Below, one piece after another: positions 7,979-16,877 of a DNA stretch of 64,000 nt (its first letter is position 1; each line of letters starts with the position of its first letter). Location of the stretch: NCBI GenBank assembly GCA_017551665.1, contig JAFZLB010000104.1, positions 9,860 through 73,859 of the forward strand, written 5' to 3'. A program made the position numbers and the translations under genes. The notes beneath the pieces were generated by a model, which saw only the letters and a program-made list of their open reading frames with translations, was not told the origin of the DNA and did not search any database. This stretch comes from Lachnospiraceae bacterium. GTDB taxonomy: Bacteria; Bacillota; Clostridia; Lachnospirales; Lachnospiraceae.

Positions 7979-8364
7979 GAGTTCTGCCGGACACAAATGT
8001 CTTTATAAAGTATTGGGAAGAGCGGGACGGATCAGCCGAAGAACTCGAAAAGATGTTTTCGGAAGAAGAAATTGTTGTTTGCGGCGCGGTCAGAGCAGAG
8101 CTGTTGCATGGAGCGGTATCAGACAAGCATCTGAAGAGTATGAGCGCAATGCTGGACGCATTTGAGGAAGCTGACCTCGAGAAGGCCGATTGGCAATTCC
8201 TTGGAGAGAACATGTATCGGTTGCGGACGCATGGCGTGACAGTTCCGCTTGCGGATGTGATCATAGCGACAGTCGCGATCAAGAATCGGATAACAGTCTG
8301 GACACACGACAATCACTTCAAACTGATGCAGGATGTATTGCAAGATTTGCAAATAATGACGTAA
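7975..8364 (+). CDS. PIN-domain ribonuclease toxin (VapC-like)
   Basis: N-terminal VLPDTNVFIKYW with conserved Asp, 129 aa, TTG start coupled to the upstream ORF. Confidence 0.7.
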   Translation: MRVLPDTNVFIKYWEERDGSAEELEKMFSEEEIVVCGAVRAELLHGAVSDKHLKSMSAMLDAFEEADLEKADWQFLGENMYRLRTHGVTVPLADVIIATVAIKNRITVWTHDNHFKLMQDVLQDLQIMT

Positions 8365-8374
8365 ATCATGGAGA

Positions 8375-8418
8375 GATTTTCGTAGTAGTGTATCATCACA
8401 GCGTTGGTGCAGGGAGGC
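8375..8418 (+). repeat. direct repeat copy 2 (44 nt) flanking the TA cassette
   Basis: GATTTTCGTAGTAGTGTATCATCACAGCGTTGGTGCAGGGAGGC. The -10 is degraded to TATCAT. Confidence 0.85.
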
Positions 8419-8436
8419 GGGAAGTTTTCCCCATAA

Positions 8437-8466
8437 GCGGGGGGATCTCCCGCCCCCGTTTTTTTT
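8437..8466 (+). terminator. intrinsic terminator after the TA cassette
   Basis: G-rich/C-rich imperfect stem (GCGGGGGG..CCCGCCCCC) followed by T8. Confidence 0.55.
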
Positions 8467-8490
8467 GTCAAGTCACAAATTGTTAGATTT

Positions 8491-8519
8491 TTGACCAACT
8501 TGCCTTCTTATGTTAAAAT
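8491..8519 (+). promoter_or_regulatory. promoter TTGACC-17-TAAAAT (TG-extended) for the adhesin gene
   Basis: TTGACC at 8491-8496, TGtTAAAAT at 8511-8519, about 80 nt before the ATG at 8601. Confidence 0.55.
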
Positions 8520-8600
8520 AGTCGCCGTATGGGTATCCATTCGGGAAACGGCATGGCTTCGCTATGCCGGTTTCTGTGTTGTCACAAAGGGGAATTTGTT

Positions 8601-10316
8601 ATGAAAACAGCAAAAAGAAGAATGTCTCAGTTGTTATCGGCACTGCTGCTTTGCTCGACGGTGTTTTCTTTTGGGCGGATTGAGGCGCAGGCAGCAGTTA
8701 CTGGGGCTTGGAATACCAATGCTGAGGGTCTTAAGGGTCAGTATCAGTACATAAAGTGGAATAGTGCGGGTTATAAAACGTCGGGTCATACAGACTATGA
8801 TCAGGCCACAATTGTAGATGCACAATCTGCTCCCGGTGTTTACCAGGGGATCAATAACACCACATTCGCCCTTGATGCGCCGATTGCCACGATTTTTATT
8901 GATGAGAGTAAGGTTCACAGAGTGGCAACCAAACAGGGTAGCACCGATCCGAATGATCCAGCCTATATGAAACAAACGAGTCCCACCGTATGGGAAAATG
9001 AAGTGCTGAAGGTGGAAGAGCTTTGGCATTCTGCAAATAATTCGCAAAACTTACAAAAATTTCTGAAGATTGATTACAATAAGACCAGCACGGATAATGG
9101 CTTTCTCGGTACTGGCGATGGCGGATATAACTATCTGATGTTTGATCAAAAGGCCGCTGTTCAAGCCGACACGGTAAACAATCGTGGTTTATTGATTCAA
9201 CAGGACAATGTTTTTGATGGTGGCATCGTGCGCTATACCTTCAAGGGGGCAGCGGAACAAAACAACAAAAAGATGGATGTCGTCATCACCTATTCCAACC
9301 TGCATATTGTATTGCAGAACGACATAGATAATGGAACAGCAAATAATCCAAAATATGGTGATAAATACAAAGAATTGAATCGCTTCCTAATCTGCAGCGG
9401 TAACGATGTGCGAACACATGCGAATGCCGGAACAACCGGAAATAACCAGCGATACGGCATTAAAGTGGATGCCAAAGTGCAGGTGCTGGACGGTACGGAC
9501 GTGGTAGACGGTGTATTTTATTTCAAAGCAGCAGATATTGATGTGAGCCGTGAGGGAACATCTTTTATAAATTTACATGATGCCACCAATAACCGGAATT
9601 ATTCAGAACAAATACAGATTAAGAGCGACGGAATTGTTGCGGGGGAATCATACAAACTATTTATTCCGGGAGGTGATGCAGACAAAGAGAAGGATACAAA
9701 TGGCAAATCCAACGCCCAAAATCCGAAAGATTCAACCCTGCCAGGCTACAAGTCAATTATTAAAACCGATGATAGTAATCAAGAATGGTATCGATTAGAA
9801 CCACAAAAAGATAACCAAAAGGTAAAAGACGAGCAAAACTCGATTTACAGCGGTTTTCTTGCGGCAATTGACAATACGAAGGGGGCCAATGTCACAGTTT
9901 GGAGTTCGGGTGCAGGGAAAAACGATAATGGAGAAAATGTATCCGTCGAAACCTATCTGCTTGCCGGTAACGCAGGCGGTAAGACCACCGGTGTGTGGTA
10001 TAACCTGAAATCCTCCACCGATACCATCGGCGCAAAAGAGCCTGACAAAGGCGGAAATATCTACACGACAAATTGGGGAAATAAGAATGGAACACCGTTT
10101 ACTCTTGGAGAGGGAGAAAAACGCTTAGGTCCCACCACCCTCACGGTTTCCGGTGGCAAGACGGTCACTTATTCCATGATTCCGAATGCTGCTGAAGGAT
10201 ATGTGCTGAAGAGCTTAACAGAATCAGACGGCACCATCATTTATAATTATGAAGGCAAGAGCGACGAAGTACTACCCAGCGGGTGGTCGAAAGAACGCAA
10301 AGAAAAACCCGGTTAG
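8601..10316 (+). CDS. secreted protein; N-terminal (head) fragment of an amber-interrupted cell-surface adhesin
   Basis: Signal peptide MKTAKRRMSQLLSALLLCSTVFSFGRIEAQA after an AAAGGGGA SD. Ends at TAG 10314-10316. Same frame as the next ORF with no other stop between. Confidence 0.7.
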   Translation: MKTAKRRMSQLLSALLLCSTVFSFGRIEAQAAVTGAWNTNAEGLKGQYQYIKWNSAGYKTSGHTDYDQATIVDAQSAPGVYQGINNTTFALDAPIATIFIDESKVHRVATKQGSTDPNDPAYMKQTSPTVWENEVLKVEELWHSANNSQNLQKFLKIDYNKTSTDNGFLGTGDGGYNYLMFDQKAAVQADTVNNRGLLIQQDNVFDGGIVRYTFKGAAEQNNKKMDVVITYSNLHIVLQNDIDNGTANNPKYGDKYKELNRFLICSGNDVRTHANAGTTGNNQRYGIKVDAKVQVLDGTDVVDGVFYFKAADIDVSREGTSFINLHDATNNRNYSEQIQIKSDGIVAGESYKLFIPGGDADKEKDTNGKSNAQNPKDSTLPGYKSIIKTDDSNQEWYRLEPQKDNQKVKDEQNSIYSGFLAAIDNTKGANVTVWSSGAGKNDNGENVSVETYLLAGNAGGKTTGVWYNLKSSTDTIGAKEPDKGGNIYTTNWGNKNGTPFTLGEGEKRLGPTTLTVSGGKTVTYSMIPNAAEGYVLKSLTESDGTIIYNYEGKSDEVLPSGWSKERKEKPG

Positions 10317-10454
10317 AACAAGGACTCAAGCGGTAATAGCCAAACAGAAACACTGAGTTATACCGTTGATGTTCAAACCGATCCCGTTACAGGGGAACCG
10401 CTGAACTACACATTCATCTTCCAGAACATTCAGCAGGATCATGGCATCCACGTC

Positions 10455-11621
10455 GTGTGGCAGAAAAAGTATAAAGAGACCTACGAATTCAAGATGGAAG
10501 ACGGGTCGATGCTTCCGGATGAAATCAGATTAAATCTTTTGCCCGACCGTGCGACGCCCGGGCAGGAGAAGCGCTTCTGGGTCAACGAACAGATCGCGCC
10601 GGCTGCGCCGAAGGCGCTTTCCAAGGTTTTGACTGAAGGCGGCCAGAATTACAAATACACATTCCTCCGTTATGAGGATGATTACAGTCCGTCATATACC
10701 TACAAGAGGTACAATAACGGAACAGCTGAGTATTATTCCACCGATGCCGGCGGTGCAGCGCCGCGCAAAACGATTGCGAAGGACATTCATTTTACCGGTT
10801 ACTGGAAAAAAACGCCCGCCTATACGGAAACATACGCCTACCAGGTGTTTGATGTGGACGGCACAGATATTACCGCATCCGCGCCGACTCAGGTGACAGA
10901 TACCAAACCGGACCGGGCCTTATGGTACGCGAACGGCGAGAAGGTCTATCCGGCACAGCCCAAGGGGAATGTCACGAAGGTGTCCGATGGTACGTACGAT
11001 TACCTCTTCCGCAGCTGGGACAAAAACCCCGCCACGGTCAACGGTGCGAATGTGGCGTTTCTGGGTGTTTGGGTCAGGGCCCCGATAGGTACTCCTACGT
11101 ATACGGAACACTATGCTTACAAGATGGAAGACGGAAGCACGATTTCCGCGGAGGTGCAGGCGGCACTGGATGCCACGCTGCCGAAACGGCAATACCAGTA
11201 TTTCGACGGAGAAACGGTGACCGCCGCAGATCCGGAATCTTCCATGCCCCCGGACGATCTGTACGTGACGGTGAACGGCGTCACATACGAATTTGTCAGG
11301 TGGGAAGCTGTCACCGCGACAGTGAACGGCGATGATGTGCATTTTGTCGGCGTCTGGAGAGTGGTGTCATCCCCCGATCCGACACCTACGCCGACGCCGG
11401 ATCCCACGCCGCAGCCGGATCCTACGCCTACCCCGGCTCCTGTGGTGCAGACGCCGCCGGCGCCGGAGCCCGAGCCTCTGCCGGAGAATGTGCAGTTGAC
11501 GCCGGTGACGCCGCCGCAGACGGATGCGCGGACGCACATCGCGGATTACCTGCTGTTGCTGATTGCCGCGGGTACTACGACGGGCGTCTTATACCGGAAA
11601 AAGTCAGGCTGCGACGACTGA
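10455..11621 (+). CDS. C-terminal (stalk/anchor) fragment of the same adhesin: SHIRT-like repeats, Pro/Thr linker, TM anchor
   Basis: Three repeats of the pattern Y.Y.F..W......VNG.(D/N)V.F.G.W, PTPTPTPDPTPQPDPTP linker, then PPQTDA + hydrophobic segment + RKKSG tail. The track start is a GTG; the reading frame is open back to 10317. Confidence 0.6.
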   Translation: MWQKKYKETYEFKMEDGSMLPDEIRLNLLPDRATPGQEKRFWVNEQIAPAAPKALSKVLTEGGQNYKYTFLRYEDDYSPSYTYKRYNNGTAEYYSTDAGGAAPRKTIAKDIHFTGYWKKTPAYTETYAYQVFDVDGTDITASAPTQVTDTKPDRALWYANGEKVYPAQPKGNVTKVSDGTYDYLFRSWDKNPATVNGANVAFLGVWVRAPIGTPTYTEHYAYKMEDGSTISAEVQAALDATLPKRQYQYFDGETVTAADPESSMPPDDLYVTVNGVTYEFVRWEAVTATVNGDDVHFVGVWRVVSSPDPTPTPTPDPTPQPDPTPTPAPVVQTPPAPEPEPLPENVQLTPVTPPQTDARTHIADYLLLLIAAGTTTGVLYRKKSGCDD

Positions 11622-11669
11622 GGGCAAGGCGGTTTTTTCCTGAAAAATGATACGGTTTGCGTCAAACTG

Positions 11670-11712
11670 ACCGCTGTGGTATCCTTAACAAAGGAATCAC
11701 AGCGGTCTTTCT
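11670..11712 (+). terminator. possible terminator hairpin after the adhesin gene
   Basis: ACCGCTGTG...CACAGCGGT 9-bp stem with inner TCCTT/AAGGA stem, followed by CTTTCT (weak U tract). Confidence 0.4.
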
Positions 11713-11726
11713 GAAAGAACCAGTGT

Positions 11727-13250
11727 ATGGTGTGCATTGAGGAAAAAATAAAAAAGCTGGAGCGCATGATCTTTTCCAAAGACGAGCGCGCGCTGCTGCT
11801 GTTAAAAGAAGTCGGGAGAGAGTTGCTCGCCGAACCGGATTACGCGAAAAACGGACGCTTTTTATATCTGCAGGCGCTCGCGTCGTATCACTTCGGCTTC
11901 ATGGAGAAGTTCTACGGACAGGTGCAGAGCGCGGTCAGTCATCTGATCCGCTGCGAGGAGCACGGTCTTTTGTCCCGCTGCTATAACCTGTTCGCGGTCA
12001 ACGCGCAGCGGTACGGGATTCTGGATGTTGCCTATAATTATTACCTTCTGGCCGCATCCTTCGCGGAAGAGGAGAAGGACGCCATCGAGCAGGTGATCGT
12101 CCACGCCAATCTCGGTGATCTGCTTGCGGAAATGGGGGAGTTCAAAAAAGCGGCAGCCTGTATGCGGCGTTGCATTCTCATGCTCAAAAAACACAGGGAT
12201 CATCCCTCCTATCATGAATACCTGATGATCTGGACCCTCAACCTCGGTCTGTACAACCTTTCCGCCGGAGAGATCAAAAAATCGGAACAGGTGATGAAAC
12301 GTGCGGAAAAGCTGATGGAGACCGTGCCTAAGAAGGTGCGGGAGGGAACGGGCGCATGGATGCAGATGCTGCGGATACAGTGTGCCCTCGCGACGGGAGA
12401 CGGGAAACGGAAGCGGGCGCTCCTGAATGAGGCCGTTGAAACGGTTTTCCTTCAGCCGCAGTTTTCGGATCTGATGAATGACGTGTACCGTTTCTGCACG
12501 GAACTGATCGCCTGCGGGGAAGAAGAGGGTGCCATGCGCCTGATCCAATCCCTGGAGCAGAATCAGCAGATCTACACCTCCGCTTATATCAGGGTGCGCT
12601 TCCTGCAGCTGAAGATCGGTTATTACAAGTCCCGCCGGCAGTACCGGAAACTGAAGGAATGCTATGAGACGCGCCGTGTGCAGACAAAGCTGATCGAGAC
12701 GGAGCGCAGGCGCCTTTACGCCGAATCCGTGAAGCTCATGGATGCCGTGGTGGGACTCGCAAGAGAGCAGGAGCTGGTCCGGCAGGAGAACAAAAAGCTG
12801 CAGGCGCAGGCGGAAGCGGACGCGCTGACGGGACTGCCGAACCGCTTCGCGCTGAACCGGACGCTGGAGGAAAGCTTCCGGAAGGCAAAGGAGAAGAAGG
12901 GTCTGTTCGGCGTCGGCATTGTGGACATTGATTCCTTCAAGGAGTATAATGACCGCTTCGGCCACCTGGCGGGGGACGAATGCCTTGTGGCGGTGGCGGA
13001 CGCCTTGCGCAGCTTCGGGGAGCAGTACGGAATTCCCTGCTTCCGTTACGGCGGAGACGAGTTCGTGCTGCTGTACGGGGACATGGAACGAGAAGCGATT
13101 CTCCGCCTGGAGCAGGAGATCAAAGAGAACATGCCGGTCAGTGTGTCACACGGCTTTGAGGTCGTCCGGGCGGAATCCGGCGTCAAGGTGTGGGACGCGT
13201 TGTCCGGGGCGGACGCCAGCATGTACCGGAACAAGAAAAAGCGCGGATAG
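11727..13250 (+). CDS. diguanylate cyclase, TPR-like N-domain + GGDEF
   Basis: ADALTGLPNRF, RYGGDEFVLLY. Confidence 0.8.
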   Translation: MVCIEEKIKKLERMIFSKDERALLLLKEVGRELLAEPDYAKNGRFLYLQALASYHFGFMEKFYGQVQSAVSHLIRCEEHGLLSRCYNLFAVNAQRYGILDVAYNYYLLAASFAEEEKDAIEQVIVHANLGDLLAEMGEFKKAAACMRRCILMLKKHRDHPSYHEYLMIWTLNLGLYNLSAGEIKKSEQVMKRAEKLMETVPKKVREGTGAWMQMLRIQCALATGDGKRKRALLNEAVETVFLQPQFSDLMNDVYRFCTELIACGEEEGAMRLIQSLEQNQQIYTSAYIRVRFLQLKIGYYKSRRQYRKLKECYETRRVQTKLIETERRRLYAESVKLMDAVVGLAREQELVRQENKKLQAQAEADALTGLPNRFALNRTLEESFRKAKEKKGLFGVGIVDIDSFKEYNDRFGHLAGDECLVAVADALRSFGEQYGIPCFRYGGDEFVLLYGDMEREAILRLEQEIKENMPVSVSHGFEVVRAESGVKVWDALSGADASMYRNKKKRG

Positions 13251-13253
13251 TAC

Positions 13254-14861
13254 ATGGACTTTAAAAAAAACGACATACAACTGCAGAAGCTCGCGAAGGA
13301 GCATGAAGAGTACAAGCGGATGCTGGATCCGCGGGCCGTTGCCGTGCTGCGGAAAATGCTGACGCAGGCGGAAAAGACGGGGGATGAGGTGCTGCTCGGC
13401 TATGTGCATCACTCCCTTGCCTTTGCGTACTGCTTTATTGAAAATGATTATCCCGCCTTTCTCCGGCACATCCGGAAGTCCGCGAAGTTTCTCGTTTCGG
13501 CGCGGGACGAGAAGGAACTGTTCCATGTCTTTTATCTGGTCGCGATCGATGCCATGAACCGCGGCATGTATGATATCGCCTACGATTATTTCCTGGTCGC
13601 AAGAAATATGGCCCTGCGCCAGGGGGAACGCCTTTCCGCCGCCATTCTGGACGAGAGCATCGGCTCTATTCTGCTGGAGCTGCGTTCCTATGAGGCTTCC
13701 TGTTTTTATTCCGAACGGGCGCTGAACGAGCTGCAGAAGTTCCCGGAGCATCCGCATTATTACAGCAATATGCTGGGGACCATGCTGAACGAGGGCGCGG
13801 CGTATCTGGCAATGAAGAAACCGGAGAAGGCCACCGCCTGCCGCGATGACGCCGTCGAATTTGCCACGCGCCATCAGGACCACGTCACTACGGCGTCCTG
13901 GTTTGAACTGCATCTGTTCCGGGCGCGCTGCGCATTGCGCAACGGGCAGCAAAGCGAAATGCGCAAGTGCATTTTCGCGTTCTGTGCGCTGACCCCTTCC
14001 GCCGCGCAGATGGAGGGGCATTCGGAGAACATCCGGATTCTCTGCGAAGAACTGCTGGAGCACGAAGAATACGATGAACTGCAAAAAATCTTCCGTCTGA
14101 CGGACGCGCATCCGCCGGCGGAGAGTTCGCTGAACGCGAGATATACGCTGGTGAATCTGAAGGCGGATTATTATCACGCGGTCGGCAATACCAAAAAGCT
14201 GAACGCCTGTTACCGCGAGCAGGACGAGATTTACCTCCGCCTGCAGGAGGAACAGAAAGATGCGAACCGCTTTGCGAACGATCTGATCAGCCTGTTCCAT
14301 GATCTGCGCAGGGAACAGCTGCGGATCCGGGAGGAGCGCGAGGCCTTTCTGGAAGAGTCCGAAAGGGACGCGCTGACGGGGCTGCGCAACCGGAGGTCCC
14401 TGGATGAAGAAGCGGAGCGCGTGTTTGAACGCGCGTATCCGGCGAAGACGCCCTTTGGCATTGCCATCCTGGATCTCGATGACCTGAAGCAGATCAATGA
14501 CTCCTACGGCCACGCGGCGGGAGACAACTGCCTGAAGCGTGTCGGAAAGGCGCTGAAGCAGATCCAGAGTGACCGTCGGGTGCTCTGTGCGCGCTTCGGC
14601 GGTGACGAGTTTGTGATGCTCTTCGAGGGCATGCGCACGGAGGAAATCCGTGCGGCCTGCCGTGAGGTCGCAAAGCACTGCGGAACGCCCGTGTCCATCG
14701 GGATCTGCAATGCCGTGCCGCATAAAAAGAGCCGCATCACGGATTATTTTTCCTGCGCCGACACCGCGCTTTACCGCGCAAAGCAGGAGAAGGGCAGGAA
14801 AACGGCGCCGGCCTCACGCATCCGCAGCGAGCGGCTGCATCTGAGCGGCATCGATTCATAG
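13254..14861 (+). CDS. diguanylate cyclase, TPR-like N-domain + GGDEF (tandem paralog)
   Basis: RDALTGLRNRR, RFGGDEFVMLF. Same architecture as the upstream gene, 3-nt spacer. Confidence 0.8.
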   Translation: MDFKKNDIQLQKLAKEHEEYKRMLDPRAVAVLRKMLTQAEKTGDEVLLGYVHHSLAFAYCFIENDYPAFLRHIRKSAKFLVSARDEKELFHVFYLVAIDAMNRGMYDIAYDYFLVARNMALRQGERLSAAILDESIGSILLELRSYEASCFYSERALNELQKFPEHPHYYSNMLGTMLNEGAAYLAMKKPEKATACRDDAVEFATRHQDHVTTASWFELHLFRARCALRNGQQSEMRKCIFAFCALTPSAAQMEGHSENIRILCEELLEHEEYDELQKIFRLTDAHPPAESSLNARYTLVNLKADYYHAVGNTKKLNACYREQDEIYLRLQEEQKDANRFANDLISLFHDLRREQLRIREEREAFLEESERDALTGLRNRRSLDEEAERVFERAYPAKTPFGIAILDLDDLKQINDSYGHAAGDNCLKRVGKALKQIQSDRRVLCARFGGDEFVMLFEGMRTEEIRAACREVAKHCGTPVSIGICNAVPHKKSRITDYFSCADTALYRAKQEKGRKTAPASRIRSERLHLSGIDS

Positions 14862-14880
14862 ACGACAGAATGAACGCACG

Positions 14881-14915
14881 AAAAAGTCCGGACCAGAATG
14901 GTCCGGACTTTTTGG
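14881..14915. terminator. bidirectional intrinsic terminator
   Basis: A5-GTCCGGACC-AGAAT-GGTCCGGAC-T5 between convergent genes. Confidence 0.75.
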
Positions 14916-14991
14916 GAGTTGTTCAGAGGAGGTCACTCTGAACCATGTATGGCGTATAGGAGAATTGCGTAAGTAAAGTGTCCGTCAGGTA

Positions 14992-16731
14992 TTACTCAAT
15001 GACGAACTGTGCCACCAGCTCGTTCAGGTTGGAGGACTGCGAAGACAGCTCCTGCGAAATCGCGCTGGATTCTTCGGCGCTTGCGGCGTTACTCTGCACC
15101 ACCTGCGAAATCTGCTCGATGCCCTTGTCGATTTCCTGCATGGCCTCCGCCTGCTGCTGTGCCACTTCGGAGTTCTGTGTCATGACATCCTGAATCTCGT
15201 TGATGCCTTCCATGACCTTCTGCAGGGCCTGGTTTGTTTCTTCCACCACCGTGTTGCCTTCGTTGACGTTCTCGATCGTCATGTCAATGAGTTCTTTTGT
15301 ATGGCTGGCCGCTTCGGCAGACTGTCCCGCAAGCTTCCGGATTTCATCCGCCACAACCGCAAAGCCCTTGCCGGACTGTCCCGCCCTTGCCGCCTCGATG
15401 GAAGCGTTTAAGGACAGGAGGTTTGTCTGGGAGGCGATGTCCGCGATGGTGTTGGAAATCTCGGCGATCTGGGAAGAGGCTTCCGTGATCTTCGCCATGG
15501 CCTGCACCACATGCTCCATGTGTTCCGCGCCTTCGTCCGTGGATTTCTTGACGGCGTGCGCCACACGCGCACCGTTCTCGACGGATTCCGAAAGCACCTT
15601 CGTCTGTTCCACGACGGTCTGCACGCTGGCCGTCAGCTCCTGTACCGCCGCGGACTGATCCGTTGCGCCTTCCGCGAGGTCCTGCGCGCCCTGGCTCATG
15701 TTCGTGGCACCGGAGGACACCTGACCGGAGGCGTTGCGGATCTCGCCCATCGTGTCCGCAAGACCCGTGCGGAATTTACGCAGCTCTGCGGCGACGGGAT
15801 GGAAATCGCCGATGTAGCCTTCGGGATTTTGGGAACCGTGGATGAGATCACCGGTGCCTAAGCGCTGCATGACACCCGTTAAGTCTTCCACGATGCCGTG
15901 CAGCACGCCGGTGGAGGTGCGCACGCTGTTCGCAAGATCACCCAGTTCATCCTCCGATTCGTAGGCAATGTGCAGATTCAGATTGCCCTTGGACATTTCC
16001 TGTGCGGCGCCCGCCACCTCCATGACCGGCGTGACAATGCAGTGGGTCAGCTTCTTCTTGCTGTCATTGACCGTGATAAAGAGCAGAACGACCAGCACGA
16101 TGGCGATGGCGGAAAACACCAGCGCGATGACAAGCGCGAGGGTATAAGCGCTTTCCGCGTTGTCATGGGAGACCGCCTCCACCGCAAGGATGTCATCCTT
16201 GAGCTTTGTCAGCTCCGGCACGATCACGTTTTCAAATTCCACATAGAGGTCATGCTTGTCCGCGCCCGCCTGCACCATGGAGATCCAGTGCTGCGCGTCG
16301 CTGACCATGGAGGTGTAGGTTTCGTCCAGCTTTTCGATGTATTCGCTGTCCGGATACATTTCCTCCAGATTGGCAATGGCCGTGGCAAGCTGTTCGGAAT
16401 CCTTGTTTGCCGCTTCCAGTCTTGCCAGGGCAACACCTTCCTGTTCCGCGGCGATGACATAACAGACATTCTTTGCCAGCGACTGCATGCCGCCTCTGGC
16501 GTCCGCGACTTCCGACGCGGTCTCGTAATACAGGTTGTACATGGTGCGGTACTGGATGACGCAGTAGAGCACCGTGAAGATCAGCGCGAGGGACGCGATG
16601 AGCATCATCACCAGCATCCGGTTGAAGCAGTAGGAGAATTTTCTCTCCACCTTCATCTGTTTGAGGCGCTCCGCGTTGATGCCGAAGCCGCCTGCGGGCG
16701 CAGCATTTTTTGTCTTTTCCTTAGCAGCCAT
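14992..16731 (-). CDS. methyl-accepting chemotaxis protein
   Basis: Highly conserved signalling hairpin [34 protein letters not shown]; TM + HAMP-like region. Start at MAAKEK after AGGAGG. Confidence 0.85.
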   Translation of the reverse strand: MAAKEKTKNAAPAGGFGINAERLKQMKVERKFSYCFNRMLVMMLIASLALIFTVLYCVIQYRTMYNLYYETASEVADARGGMQSLAKNVCYVIAAEQEGVALARLEAANKDSEQLATAIANLEEMYPDSEYIEKLDETYTSMVSDAQHWISMVQAGADKHDLYVEFENVIVPELTKLKDDILAVEAVSHDNAESAYTLALVIALVFSAIAIVLVVLLFITVNDSKKKLTHCIVTPVMEVAGAAQEMSKGNLNLHIAYESEDELGDLANSVRTSTGVLHGIVEDLTGVMQRLGTGDLIHGSQNPEGYIGDFHPVAAELRKFRTGLADTMGEIRNASGQVSSGATNMSQGAQDLAEGATDQSAAVQELTASVQTVVEQTKVLSESVENGARVAHAVKKSTDEGAEHMEHVVQAMAKITEASSQIAEISNTIADIASQTNLLSLNASIEAARAGQSGKGFAVVADEIRKLAGQSAEAASHTKELIDMTIENVNEGNTVVEETNQALQKVMEGINEIQDVMTQNSEVAQQQAEAMQEIDKGIEQISQVVQSNAASAEESSAISQELSSQSSNLNELVAQFVIE

Positions 16732-16807
16732 AACTGTCTCCTCCTGTGGAAGAATAAAAGGGTTTGCGGAAACAAACAACATACGGATAAAGTATAGCAA
16801 TGCCCCT

Positions 16808-16839
16808 GTTCCAAAAGCGTTCCGTTCCAAAAGCGTTCC
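16808..16839. promoter_or_regulatory. tandem 16-bp repeat GTTCCAAAAGCGTTCC x2 (four GTTCC pentamers) in the divergent MCP/kinase promoter region
   Basis: Seen directly; perfect tandem duplication. Confidence 0.4.
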
Positions 16840-16877
16840 AATGTGAAATGATTGGCGCGGGGGCGGCGGGGTGTGGT

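Noticed and set aside
10314-10316. The amber codon in the adhesin as a pyrrolysine or reassigned sense codon.
   Set aside because: TAG clearly terminates several well-defined genes in this window: the AAA ATPase at 1546, the lipoprotein at 2614, and both TPR-GGDEF genes at 13250 and 14861. No pyl genes are seen here. A nonsense mutation, sequencing error or rare readthrough is more economical.
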